A stretch of 64,000 nt of DNA from a bacterium (GCA_021786315.1 JAJYNN010000002.1:204402-268401); one strand, 5' to 3'; counted from the stretch's first letter, positions 46,205-57,323 are shown. The notes: generated by a model not told the origin, from the sequence alone. Program-made: numbers and translations.

Positions 46205-46414
46205 CTACTTAATTTTAGTCTCGCTATGGGAAGTGGCTTTGCGGCATTTTTTGCAGTATTTATCCAAGGCTAATTTTTCCTTGGTTTGCAGGGTATTCTT
46301 GGATGTGACGTAGTTTCTGCTTTTGCAAACAGAACACTCTAAATAAAAACTTTGTCTCGCACCTTTTTTGGCCATAGCTAGGGAATTATAACTTGAATGG
46401 GGTTCGAGTTTCAA
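46205..46414 (-). CDS. rpmG: Ribosomal protein L33.
   Basis: 69 aa with the L33 4-Cys zinc ribbon (C..C...C..C); synteny with tRNA-Trp. Confidence 0.7.
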   Translation of the reverse strand: MKLEPHSSYNSLAMAKKGARQSFYLECSVCKSRNYVTSKNTLQTKEKLALDKYCKKCRKATSHSETKIK

Positions 46415-46660
46415 GCTTTAATTGGAGTGAGTTCCCGAACGACAATTATGGCTTATATCCTAGGTTATCCTTTCTGCGCAACCCTTAGGCCAATTTGACA
46501 TGACTCCTATCTTAAGAGATGATGATTTAAGTTAGCTGCAAAAGATCTGTATAACGCAGGGAGTAAGTTTTCTAACAGACAAAAGACAGAGGTCTTGTTA
46601 TACTCTTGAGTTGTCCGCTTCTAAAAGTTTGGAGAGGGTGTTTCGCTTTTATCTATTAAA

Positions 46661-47392
46661 ATGTCTGAAAAAGAGGGGAGCTCTTTCTCTCAGGAGTCCA
46701 CAGAGGGAGAAAGTAGTTATGAAGGACATGTGGCTGTTTTTGAACATGAGGCAAGGAATTGTCTATCACTTGTTTTAGGTAAAGCCCAACTTCTGGAAAT
46801 ATTGATGCGGTCATCACCGACCGTGACACCAACAATGGTGGCAGCGGTACAAACAATTGTCCGTGAATCCAGGAATTTAGGCAGCCTGTTGATGGATTTA
46901 AGGATGGGGGAAGGTGAATTTGTTTTACGCTCCCGTTTTTTGGATATGCGGCCAATTCTTTATGCTACGGCGGAAGCGGCAGCTACCTTTTCCCCGGTTC
47001 ACAATCTCATTGTCGACGCTCCGGAGGATCTCCCGCAAGTTTTTGCTGACGAGGAGCGTATAGACCTGGTTCTCCGTAACTTAGTTTTAAACGCCATTAA
47101 ATATTCTCCCAAAGGGGGAGAGGTAAAGATTTCCGGAGCAGAAGAGGGGGATTTGGTCAAAGTGTCCGTTAAGGATCAGGGTTTAGGGGTTCCTTTAGAG
47201 GAAAGGGAACGGATTTTTGACAGGTTCTACCGGATCCAGACAGGGGAACACTTTGGTATCCGGGGAACCGGGATCGGCCTGAATAATGTTAAAAGGATTA
47301 TTGATGCTCACGGCGGCCGGGCCTGGGTAGAAAGCGCGGGGGTAGATAAAGGGTCTACTTTTTATTTCACTTTGCCCCAAGCGGAGAAATAG
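46661..47392 (+). CDS. Orphan histidine kinase core (HisKA plus HATPase_c) with no sensor domain; the start may lie upstream.
   Basis: H-box FEHEARNCLS; N/G boxes LNAIKYSP, DQGLGVP, GTGIGLNNV. Confidence 0.65.
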   Translation: MSEKEGSSFSQESTEGESSYEGHVAVFEHEARNCLSLVLGKAQLLEILMRSSPTVTPTMVAAVQTIVRESRNLGSLLMDLRMGEGEFVLRSRFLDMRPILYATAEAAATFSPVHNLIVDAPEDLPQVFADEERIDLVLRNLVLNAIKYSPKGGEVKISGAEEGDLVKVSVKDQGLGVPLEERERIFDRFYRIQTGEHFGIRGTGIGLNNVKRIIDAHGGRAWVESAGVDKGSTFYFTLPQAEK

Positions 47393-47393
47393 A

Positions 47394-47468
47394 TGGAGCC
47401 GACTGTCGGGATCGGACCGACGACCTACTGTTTACAAAACAGTTGCTCTACCACTGAGCTAAGTCGGC
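47394..47468 (-). tRNA. tRNA-Thr (anticodon TGT), CCA encoded.
   Basis: GCCGACT-TA-GCTC-AGTGGTA-GAGC ... loop TTTGTAA ... GTCGG-TCCGATC-CCGAC-AGTCGGC-T-CCA. Confidence 0.75.
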
Positions 47469-47554
47469 AAACGTGAGCCGAAGACGGGAATAACACTACT
47501 TTTCGCTGCGCTCAAAGATGTTGTTCTCGTTTCTGGCTCACTCGAAGACTCGTG

Positions 47555-47626
47555 AGCCGACAACGGGAATCGAACCCGTGACCCCGTTCTTACCAAGAAC
47601 GTGCTCTGCCACTGAGCCATGTCGGC
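47555..47626 (-). tRNA. tRNA-Thr (anticodon GGT).
   Basis: GCCGACA-TG-GCTC-AGTGGCA-GAGC ... loop TTGGTAA ... CACGGGTTCGATTCCCGT-TGTCGGC-T. Confidence 0.75.
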
Positions 47627-48080
47627 ACGAGTTCAATTTTACCAAATGAACTACTCCAGAGTAAACTGTGGAGTATCCCTTCGGGCAAGTTCTTCTGTGA
47701 ACCGTTTTTGTTAAATATTCCGGTTCAAGAACAAGATCAGGAAAGGAAACTGTGAGAAGGTTAAAAAAATCCAGTCCCAACGCTTGGGACTGGACAGGAA
47801 TGTTCGAAATAATCTCAGCTGCTTGGCCGTGTTTTGAGAGTTTTTCCCCTTAGGAACAGGTGGGAATCTTACCACATTCAAAAAGATTGTGGACTCCAGA
47901 TCAACCCGTTATAGGTTAACGATGGAGGAAAATACGATCTCAAATTGCGAACGTGCCAAGCAGTATCGGGAAGGATCTTGCGATCTTTAACCCATCTACT
48001 TTGTCACTTTATGTGACATCCTTATCCTAGTAAATCAGGGGGTTTTTGTCAAGCAAAAATGGGGTTGTTGCAAAGGGCTT

Positions 48081-50324
48081 TTAGGGGGTTTTTGATCTTG
48101 AAGGAGTAGGTGTAAAGGTAGGTGTAGGGGTGAGTGTTGGGGTGGGTGTCAATGTAGGTGTAGGCTTCCTGGGAGTTGGGGTTGGAGTTAGGGTAATTGT
48201 GGGCATGGACGTTGGTGTTGGGGTTATTATTGTGGTTCCCGGCCTTGGGGATGGACTGGGTGTGGGTGATTTACTGGGGGTGGGGGTAAGCTGGGCTGCG
48301 GCACACCCGGCAGCCAGAGGCATTCCCCGGACAAAGTATTCCTGATAAGAAGATGACCCGGCTTTGCAGGTGATAGCCAGAACGTTTCTTGGCTGGGTGA
48401 ACTTTTCTACCGGTCCGGTAGAAAAATGCTCAATCAAACCTCGCCAAATAGGGGCAGCGCCCAATGATCCGGCGATATTATCCATGACTGTACCGTCGTT
48501 ATTTCCGACCCAGGCCCCGACTACTAAAGATGGGGTGTAACCCATGGTCCAGGCATCTTTATAATTTTCGGTGGTTCCGGTTTTGACTGCCGCGTTGCGG
48601 TTGTTATCCAAGGCGTTACCAAACTCTTCCCGGCGGGCATTGGAATCAGACAAGATTGAGGAAATGAGGTAGGCTACACCCGGGTCCAGGACCGGCTGGG
48701 GATTTGGTTCGTACGAATAAACCACCCGGTTTTGTTTATCGGTAATCTCTAAAATAGCTGTGGGGTCATTTTTGACCCCGGCATTGGCAAAAACTGCGTA
48801 AACAGTGGCCAAATCAATCAACTTCACTTCACCGGCCCCCAAGACCAACGCCAAACCATAACGGCTGGGATCATCCAAAGTAGTAATCCCTAAACGGTGG
48901 GCCATATCAAGAGCGTTGCCTACTCCTAGTTTTGACATAACCTCGACTGCCGGAACATTTAGGGAGTTGGACAGGGCGCGCCTGACGGTGACGCTGCCGC
49001 GGAATTTACGGTCATAATTTACAGGCGAGTAAGCGGTGTACCCGGTGGAGGCATTCTTGTATGTAGTCGGCTGGTCGTGAAGGATAGTTGCCGGGGTGAT
49101 TAAATTTCTCTCCATGGCGGCGGAATAAACAATGGGCTTAAAAGATGAGCCTGGTTGGCGGGGACTTTCCGGGATATCAACTTTGCCAAATTCGCCGTCA
49201 TACCAGTTTTTAGACCCGACCCAAGCCAAAATTTCTCCTGTTTTTGGGTCCAAAACTACTGCAGCGCCGTTACTAACCCGATTGACGGCCAGCTTTTTGA
49301 CTTGGTCGGCGACAATGGATTCGGCGTAGGTTTGCCAGTCTAAATTGATTGTGGTTTTTACTTTGAAACCGGAACGGGAAACAGTCTCTTCCCCGTATTT
49401 TTGGACCAGCTGGTCGCGGACCATCATGGCAAAATGAATACCAATATTGTTCAGTTTTTCATCCTTCTTTTGGAAGGATAATTTCTCGTTTTCTGCTTGG
49501 TCTTTTTGGTCTTTGGTAATGTACCCCTGGTCCACCATATCCTGCAACACTAACTTTTGTCTTAATTTGGCTTCTTCCAGGCTGCCGGAGATGGGGGAAA
49601 ATTCGGAAGGGGCTTTTAAAATTCCGATCAAAAGAGTACTCTCGGCTAGATCCAAGTCTTTTGTGCTTTTGCCAAAATAAGTCTCGGCTGCGGTTTCGGC
49701 CCCAAACGCCCCTTCGCCAAAATAAACCGAGTTTAAATACATCTCCAAAATTTCCGCTTTGGAATACCTTCTCTCAATTTCATAGGCCAAAACTATTTCC
49801 TGGTATTTCCTTAAAAAGCTTTTTTGGGGTGTTAAAAGGGAATTTTTAACCAGTTGCTGGGTTAAAGTTGAACCTCCGTAGGCCAATTTTCTTTCCTGGA
49901 TGTCGGCAATAATTGACCGGATAATGGCTTTAATAGAGAAGCCCTGGTGTTTATAGAAATCCTTGTCTTCGATGGCAATAGCGGCGTGCTGCATGTCGGG
50001 AGGAATCTCTGAAATGGGTACAAAAGTTTTGTTTTTAGCCTGAAAAAGGGTAAAAAAAGGAGTTCCGTTCCGGTCCAGAAGGGTGACGCCGGTGTCGTTG
50101 CTGTTCATGATGGTATCTTTGCTGGTTAACTGGGCGGCAAAATAGGTATAGGTTACAACGGGAACAGCTAAGGAGAAAATTAAAATGGAGATAAAGGCCG
50201 TAAAGACATCACTCCAGCCGATTGAGAAGACCCGTTTCACTGGTTTGATGATAATTTTTGAGCTTAAGTTGTGAGTGAAAAGTTGGAAAGAGAAATGTAA
50301 GTAGAAAATATTGGTATAATCCAC
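48081..50324 (-). CDS. Class A penicillin-binding protein, copy 2, with a Pro/Thr-rich C-terminal tail. The start may be downstream of the annotated ATG.
   Basis: GT51 motifs (EDKDFYKHQG, GGSTLTQQL) and TP motifs (SSFK, KTGT). C-terminal TPTPTPRKPTPTLTPTPTLTPTPTF. Confidence 0.8.
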   Translation of the reverse strand: MDYTNIFYLHFSFQLFTHNLSSKIIIKPVKRVFSIGWSDVFTAFISILIFSLAVPVVTYTYFAAQLTSKDTIMNSNDTGVTLLDRNGTPFFTLFQAKNKTFVPISEIPPDMQHAAIAIEDKDFYKHQGFSIKAIIRSIIADIQERKLAYGGSTLTQQLVKNSLLTPQKSFLRKYQEIVLAYEIERRYSKAEILEMYLNSVYFGEGAFGAETAAETYFGKSTKDLDLAESTLLIGILKAPSEFSPISGSLEEAKLRQKLVLQDMVDQGYITKDQKDQAENEKLSFQKKDEKLNNIGIHFAMMVRDQLVQKYGEETVSRSGFKVKTTINLDWQTYAESIVADQVKKLAVNRVSNGAAVVLDPKTGEILAWVGSKNWYDGEFGKVDIPESPRQPGSSFKPIVYSAAMERNLITPATILHDQPTTYKNASTGYTAYSPVNYDRKFRGSVTVRRALSNSLNVPAVEVMSKLGVGNALDMAHRLGITTLDDPSRYGLALVLGAGEVKLIDLATVYAVFANAGVKNDPTAILEITDKQNRVVYSYEPNPQPVLDPGVAYLISSILSDSNARREEFGNALDNNRNAAVKTGTTENYKDAWTMGYTPSLVVGAWVGNNDGTVMDNIAGSLGAAPIWRGLIEHFSTGPVEKFTQPRNVLAITCKAGSSSYQEYFVRGMPLAAGCAAAQLTPTPSKSPTPSPSPRPGTTIITPTPTSMPTITLTPTPTPRKPTPTLTPTPTLTPTPTFTPTPSRSKTP

Positions 50325-50326
50325 CC

Positions 50327-51144
50327 ATGACTGAGTTTGATTTTCCTTTAAGTTCAGACGACATTTTTGCCGCGGAAAATATGCGAGTTCCTAATCCTCG
50401 AGGTTCAGCGGAAGCTACCAGAGCGGTAATGGAGTTTCCTATGGAAAGATTCGACAGGCTTTCCGATGATGGCAGAAAGCGGGTATTAATGGCTGCCAGA
50501 ATTTATGAAGTGTCGCTCCGGATGTTAGCTAAAGCTGCTAATGAGGCTCCCACTGTAGCCCATTATTTGTTTGGTATGAGAAGAGCAATCACCAATGTTT
50601 ATTATCATTCGGATGTAAGGCTTGCAGCTGCTGCCCTTCACACAGACACCAAAGATAACCCTTACGATTTTGATATGGAGATGCTTGATGACGAAGTTGA
50701 ATACGGTATGTTGGTGGCAGCTTTAACCGGTAGGACTGATCTATTGGCCTCGGCAGTGCGGATTTTGGACAAGGCAGTAGTTTTACCTTCCGAACCCACA
50801 AGACAAACAGTTAATGCATTCAAAAGAAGAAGGTTGGCTTACCGCAATCATCCCTCAAAAGACAATTTTCTCTCGTTAAGAGACGCATACCGGAATGCCG
50901 TCCAGTCATCCGGGGCAATTGGACGATATGAGAGGTCATCGACAATTGCTGCCCGGTTCGCCTTTGACGCCTTTGGGTCGCATCATTTTCTGGATGCCTT
51001 GGGTGGTATGGCGGTTTGTGCGGAAGATGCCTTAAGACAAAGGTCAACACTAAAAATCTTACCCAGGGAAATTGGTAAAGAATTAACTCAAGCTAAACGG
51101 GAGGCTACCTGGAGAAAAACAACTCCGCCTTTTACGGATTATTC

Positions 51145-51163
<19 letters not shown>
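50327..51163 (+). CDS. Hypothetical protein (278 aa).
   Basis: ORF only; no motif recognised. Confidence 0.4.
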
Positions 51164-52823
<1,660 letters not shown>

Positions 52824-53151
52824 TTTGCAATCTAGAAATGGTTGTGCTACAACTAGGCCAAGAGGGGTAAGTTTAAAAGACAATCGCGTCTTAAAAAGCT
52901 TTACCGCTCCTTTTTCTTTTCGCACGTTGACAATTTGCGGAAAGTTTTTTACTTTACGAAGCTAACTTCTGACATTTCATTGTGGTCCCGAAGGTGGGCC
53001 TAAAAAGCGGGTAATCCATAATTATTCACTTTTTAGGCCTATCTTCGCTGTCACTTAGAAACTAGGGTGTACGGATGCCTTAGCAAAAAGTGACCTTGGG
53101 ACGGAGTGTTAGATAGGATGGTTGATCCGAAAAATAAAAAGGGGGAGATAA

Positions 53152-53670
53152 ATGACTCCTGGTCACAAATTCCTGGTGTCTGTCTCAATTGTCTTTGCCC
53201 TCGCCGTCGGCGCGGTACCATTGATTTCATCCCGCCTCTCGCCAGAGGCGGCCATGCTGACAGCGTTCCTTGTTGTCCCATTCATCCTTGGTGTCCTGGT
53301 CAAAGAAGGTTCTTGGACCAACGGCGCCAACTGGGCTGTATACTTGCCTTCAGCATGTCTTATGTTACTCGTCTATAGCGTCCTGGCTGCATTGAACATC
53401 TCGCAATTGCCTCCGCTTTTGGATGTGGCTATCGCCGCTGGGGTAACTCTCCTTGCTCAAAACCTAAACAGTAACGAAGGTGTGCAAGGGGCGATCTACC
53501 TCGTTGTGTTGATTGCGACCGGATTAATTGCAGTTGATGTTCAGACGCCGCTGTTGCCTGCGGTAATTGTAGCCCTCGGTTACGTCGTTGCTTTGGCCGT
53601 CAATTCCCTGACCGCTAATAACCAAACATCATCCACAGCAACAGCCGGCCGTACAGCCAGACCAGTCTAA
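53152..53670 (+). CDS. Hypothetical polytopic membrane protein with GC-rich codon usage.
   Basis: ORF with 4-5 hydrophobic helices; C/G-ending codons are prominent compared with neighbouring genes. Confidence 0.4.
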   Translation: MTPGHKFLVSVSIVFALAVGAVPLISSRLSPEAAMLTAFLVVPFILGVLVKEGSWTNGANWAVYLPSACLMLLVYSVLAALNISQLPPLLDVAIAAGVTLLAQNLNSNEGVQGAIYLVVLIATGLIAVDVQTPLLPAVIVALGYVVALAVNSLTANNQTSSTATAGRTARPV

Positions 53671-53813
53671 GTACTCTCGTTGTCATAAGTGTAATGTCCT
53701 AAGTTCTTGCGGGAAAAGGCCGTCCCTTTCTCCCGCTCCAGGCTCAAAAAGTCTAAACAATCCGCAGAAAAATCAACTTGTTAACGCCAAAGAAGGCCTA
53801 TCTGAGCCCGCTT

Positions 53814-53838
53814 AGAAAACGCCGACTTTGGCGTTTTT
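53814..53838. terminator. Rho-independent bidirectional terminator.
   Basis: gaaaacgccgactttggcgtttttcg. Confidence 0.75.
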
Positions 53839-53843
53839 CGTGG

Positions 53844-54476
53844 TTACTGAATTCCTAAAACTAAGTGGGCGAATTGGAGAACTTGACCCAATAAAAAGCC
53901 GATGATGGTGGTTCTGCCCACTGGAATTAAGAGTAAAAAGAGCAGGATAAACAATCCGTACCTTTCAATTTGCTGGAACTGGATAGCCAGCTTTGGCGGC
54001 AGGAATGATAATACAATCTTTGATCCGTCAAGCGGGGGAATCGGGATTAGGTTAAAAACTGCCAGGATTAAGTTAATATCCACGGCAAACCCCAGGGCGT
54101 TAAGGATTAAGGAGTTGTCTGAAGGCAGCGCCAGGTGAAAAAGCAAAGCTGCCAGGAGCGCTAAACCTAAATTGGCCAAAATCCCGGCAATGGAGACAAA
54201 AAACTCACCTTTGCGAAGATCCCTAAAATTGTAAGGGTTAACCGGAACCGGTTTGGCCCAGCCAAAAAGGACAGGGGAGCCGGTAATAATTAAAAGCAAA
54301 GGCAAAAGGACGGTTCCGATGGGGTCGATGTGTGGCAGAGGGTTTAAGGTTAACCTTCCCGCATATTCAGCCGTGTGGTCCCCAAACCTTAAGGCCATAT
54401 ATCCGTGCATGACTTCGTGGAGAATTACTGAAAAAAGGATTATTACGATAATGAGGGCAAAAAGAGCCGGTACCAT
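53844..54476 (-). CDS. Site-2 protease-family (M50) membrane metalloprotease.
   Basis: HEVMHG in TM1 and a polytopic layout. Confidence 0.65.
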   Translation of the reverse strand: MVPALFALIIVIILFSVILHEVMHGYMALRFGDHTAEYAGRLTLNPLPHIDPIGTVLLPLLLIITGSPVLFGWAKPVPVNPYNFRDLRKGEFFVSIAGILANLGLALLAALLFHLALPSDNSLILNALGFAVDINLILAVFNLIPIPPLDGSKIVLSFLPPKLAIQFQQIERYGLFILLFLLLIPVGRTTIIGFLLGQVLQFAHLVLGIQ

Positions 54477-54548
54477 ACCAAGATTATATTTGTTTCAGTC
54501 CAAAAAAGATATGTCCTTCTTCACTCCTGTTGCATCAGAAGCTAATAG

Positions 54549-54809
54549 ATGTTAAACTTAGCCGTTATGTTAGTTTGTAATCTTTGTCAAAAAGGTGTTC
54601 ATAAAGTTGCCTATTCCCGGCACAAAAAAGGTTCATCTGGTGCATCCCAGTGGCCTCTCCGTGCTCAAATTTACAAGAAAACCCAAAGACCAAACCTTCA
54701 TTCCTATAAAGGATTAAAGCTTTGTACCAAGTGTTTAAGAATGGTCAAGGCTGCTGAAAAAGCCAACAGACCTGTAGCCCCTAAAGCCCAGCCTCAAGCC
54801 GCCGCTTAA
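54549..54809 (+). CDS. rpmB: Probable ribosomal protein L28.
   Basis: C..C...(N/S)xSH...RPNLHS resembles the L28 core; weak. Confidence 0.4.
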   Translation: MLNLAVMLVCNLCQKGVHKVAYSRHKKGSSGASQWPLRAQIYKKTQRPNLHSYKGLKLCTKCLRMVKAAEKANRPVAPKAQPQAAA

Positions 54810-54839
54810 TTTTTTCTCTTTTTAAGATATAATACTCCC

Positions 54840-55400
54840 ATGATTGAAGCAGTTTTGCTTGATTTTGGTGGTGTTGTTTTTCGTAATAAAGAAGAGTATG
54901 AAGGGCCTAAGGGTCAACTACAAATTGATCCGGAGCTTTGGTACCAGGCTCGTTTGGGTCAAATTGACGATGATGTAGCCTTTACTTCTATTGGTAAAAA
55001 CTATGGCGTAGATTCTGCAACAGTTTTAAACTGGCTTCTTTCTAAAAGAGAACCAAACCAAGAGCTTTTGGATTTACTTGTTCAGCTTAGACCAGGTATT
55101 AAAACAGCAGTAATCAATAACGGGCTCAAATCTCTATTTCACGGTTTATTAGATAAATATAATCTTAAGAATCGATTTAATGTATTGGTTAATTCAGCTG
55201 AAGAAGGCGTTGAAAAGCCAAATCCAGAAATATTCTTAAGAACTTGTCGTAAGCTAGAAGTTGCACCAGAAGCATGCTTAATGGCTGATGATGACCAAAA
55301 ACTTTTGGAAGGTGTAGAAAACCTAGGGATTAAAACCATATTGTTTAGCGGCGTGTCGGACTTAAGAAAAATGTTTGAAGATTTAAACTTATTAGTTTAA
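54840..55400 (+). CDS. HAD-superfamily hydrolase.
   Basis: N-terminal LLDFGGV (DxG motif); C-terminal ADD motif. Confidence 0.6.
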   Translation: MIEAVLLDFGGVVFRNKEEYEGPKGQLQIDPELWYQARLGQIDDDVAFTSIGKNYGVDSATVLNWLLSKREPNQELLDLLVQLRPGIKTAVINNGLKSLFHGLLDKYNLKNRFNVLVNSAEEGVEKPNPEIFLRTCRKLEVAPEACLMADDDQKLLEGVENLGIKTILFSGVSDLRKMFEDLNLLV

Positions 55401-56255
55401 ATTCTTAATAGGAAAATCAGGGTAACCCCGAAGAAAATCTGCTAACTTTGCAGGGTTTTTGCCTTCCATTTGGACCAATTCACCCGGGAAAAATTTTACA
55501 ATTTTTCCATTCCATTTGGTCCAGGCATTGGGCCAGGGATAATAGGCCCGGATCATCCGGTCCAATTTTTCCGGAGTTGGGGGATTCCCAATATCGAAAT
55601 ACCCGTCCTCTTTATTAATAATTTTTGTAAAAGTTGCCTCTTCTTCATTTTGGGGTTTTAAATCCACTTTCCCTGCAATAAACTGGGGAATAATATCAAC
55701 CAAAAGGGGAATTGTTTCCTGAGTCATTTTTGTGTTCAAAGATTCAAAAGTATCTGTATTTGATAAGCTAATCTCCTTTGTTGCAAGGACTGGACCGTGA
55801 TCTAGTTTGATATCCATTTGCATGATGGAGGTACCGGAGGTTTTATCACCGTTTAAAATGGCTGCCTGGATGGGAGAAGCCCCGCGGTACTTAGGTAAAA
55901 GTGAATAATGGATATTTATAACTCCAAATTTAGGAATATCTAAAACATTTTGGGGAATAATTTTCCCATAAGCCGCCACAATAAATAAATCAGCATTGAG
56001 CTTTTTTAGCTCCAGAGCAGCCTCATTGTCCAGTCTCTCAGGCTTGTGCAAGGTGACGCCTTGCGCCGCAAGGGGACGCCTTGCGTTCGTGGCGACGGCG
56101 GAGGGAGTTAATATTTGTTTACGGCCAATCTTTTGGTCGGGTCCCGTAACTATCCCAACAACCTGAAAATTTTCCTCCAAAGCTTCTAAAATGGGAACCA
56201 CGAAGGCTGGAGTTCCAAAAAACACGATTTTGATAGACTTATCCATAATTTTCAA
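55392..56255 (-). CDS. fmt: Methionyl-tRNA formyltransferase containing a direct repeat of the palindrome unit in frame.
   Basis: IVFFGTP ... NIHYSLLPKYRGASPIQ. The segment ATNARRPLAAQGVTLHKP is encoded by caaggtgacgccttgcgccgcaaggggacgccttg. Confidence 0.85.
   Translation of the reverse strand: MKIMDKSIKIVFFGTPAFVVPILEALEENFQVVGIVTGPDQKIGRKQILTPSAVATNARRPLAAQGVTLHKPERLDNEAALELKKLNADLFIVAAYGKIIPQNVLDIPKFGVINIHYSLLPKYRGASPIQAAILNGDKTSGTSIMQMDIKLDHGPVLATKEISLSNTDTFESLNTKMTQETIPLLVDIIPQFIAGKVDLKPQNEEEATFTKIINKEDGYFDIGNPPTPEKLDRMIRAYYPWPNAWTKWNGKIVKFFPGELVQMEGKNPAKLADFLRGYPDFPIKNLN
56049..56083. repeat. Two direct copies of the 15-nt unit CAAGG(T/G)GACGCCTTG inside fmt.
   Basis: caaggtgacgccttg cgccg caaggggacgccttg. 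Confidence 0.7.
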
Positions 56256-56257
56256 TT

Positions 56258-56350
56258 ACCAAGTACCAATTTACAATTAATTTTTAATGATCCAATTTTC
56301 GAAATTTGAAAATTGTAAATTGACTAAAAATTGAAAATTGTAAATTGAAA
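56258..56350. repeat. AT-rich intergenic low-complexity repeat (gaaaattgtaaattgaaaatt-like units).
   Basis: Similar units occur at about 2100-2170, 16910-17035, 18045-18150, 20995-21068, 25505-25612, 27555-27655, 39240-39330 and 63910-64000. Confidence 0.6.
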
Positions 56351-56354
56351 ATTG

Positions 56355-56873
56355 TTATACTACCCTGACTTCCTCTAAAACATCTGCTCCGGCTTGGTCT
56401 TTCCCTGTAACCTTATACATCTTGCCTTTTTGTTGTAAAACGTGGTCCACGAACAAGGTTCCGTTTAAATGATCCACTTCGTGTTGGAATATCCAGGCCG
56501 TGGTTCCGGTTAAGGTTTTTTTAATGTAACGGCCTTGTTCATCTAAATATGAGGCTACAATGCTGGTTGACCTATTGGTTTCACCCCAAAATTGCGGGAT
56601 GGAAAGGCAGCCCTCAAAATACCTCTTCTGAATTTTAGATCTGGAGTGGATTTGGGGGTTAAAAAAAGCTTTAAATTTTTTCCCAACTTTGGCGATAAAA
56701 AACCTCTCGTTTCTGCCAATTTGGGTTGAGGCCAAACCGACACCCTCCGGGTCTTCAAAGGTTTTTGTCAGCTCGATCATTTCCTGGGCAATTTTTAACA
56801 GCTCAGGGGTAACCTTTTTTACAGGTTTGGTTTTGATACGTAATTTATTATCCGGCGCCTTCACTACTTGCAT
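56355..56873 (-). CDS. def: Peptide deformylase.
   Basis: Motifs EGCLSIP and HEVDHLNG. Confidence 0.9.
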   Translation of the reverse strand: MQVVKAPDNKLRIKTKPVKKVTPELLKIAQEMIELTKTFEDPEGVGLASTQIGRNERFFIAKVGKKFKAFFNPQIHSRSKIQKRYFEGCLSIPQFWGETNRSTSIVASYLDEQGRYIKKTLTGTTAWIFQHEVDHLNGTLFVDHVLQQKGKMYKVTGKDQAGADVLEEVRVV

Positions 56874-56917
56874 GCCTAAATTTTAACATAAATGATCTTA
56901 AAGGGAGTCTTTTTTAA

Positions 56918-57045
56918 GCTGGGTAAGTCGCCGCATAGGGCTACTTGGCTTCGCCAAGATCCTGTGTGGCATCTTTCTTGAGTTGACTGAGACGCCACAT
57001 AAGTCTACTTTGACTTCGTCAAAGATCTTGTGTGGAGGTTTCTCT
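56918..57045. repeat. Two tandem hairpin-containing repeats of about 45 nt (cttggcttcgccaagatcctgtgtgg / ctttgacttcgtcaaagatcttgtgtgg), related to the hairpin at 21663.
   Basis: Direct visual comparison; shared core ttgacttcgtcaaa..gatcttg. Confidence 0.55.
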
Positions 57046-57294
57046 GAGTTGTTTTAACCTCCACATGAACACTTTGGCCTTGGATTTGGCTGAGGTATAG
57101 CCTTTGGCATATGTTAGGGCCTGGTCCAAAAGGCCCCGGCTATATTGTTTAGCCAGCTTGATATAGAGGGAATAATGTTTGGTGTCACCTAATTCTTCCG
57201 CTAAATAAACTCCGTAAACCTGGAACTCCTGGGATAAATTCTTGGGGCGGTCAGGGTGTTTTTGCTGGTCGATGATCTGGCCTATACTCTTCAT
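57019..57294 (-). CDS. Hypothetical small protein (91 aa).
   Basis: ORF only. Confidence 0.3.
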   Translation of the reverse strand: MKSIGQIIDQQKHPDRPKNLSQEFQVYGVYLAEELGDTKHYSLYIKLAKQYSRGLLDQALTYAKGYTSAKSKAKVFMWRLKQLRETSTQDL

Positions 57295-57323
57295 GTTTTT
57301 TCAAGGTGTCACCTTATGAATTG

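Noticed and set aside
47640-48080. A 440-nt non-coding gap after the tRNA-Thr pair; looked for SRP RNA, RNase P, tmRNA or 6S signatures.
   Set aside because: No conserved motifs (for example the RNase P P4 AGGAAAGUCC, or the tmRNA 3' tRNA-like end) were seen. Only a simple hairpin (ccagtcccaacgcttgggactgg) that could be a terminator.
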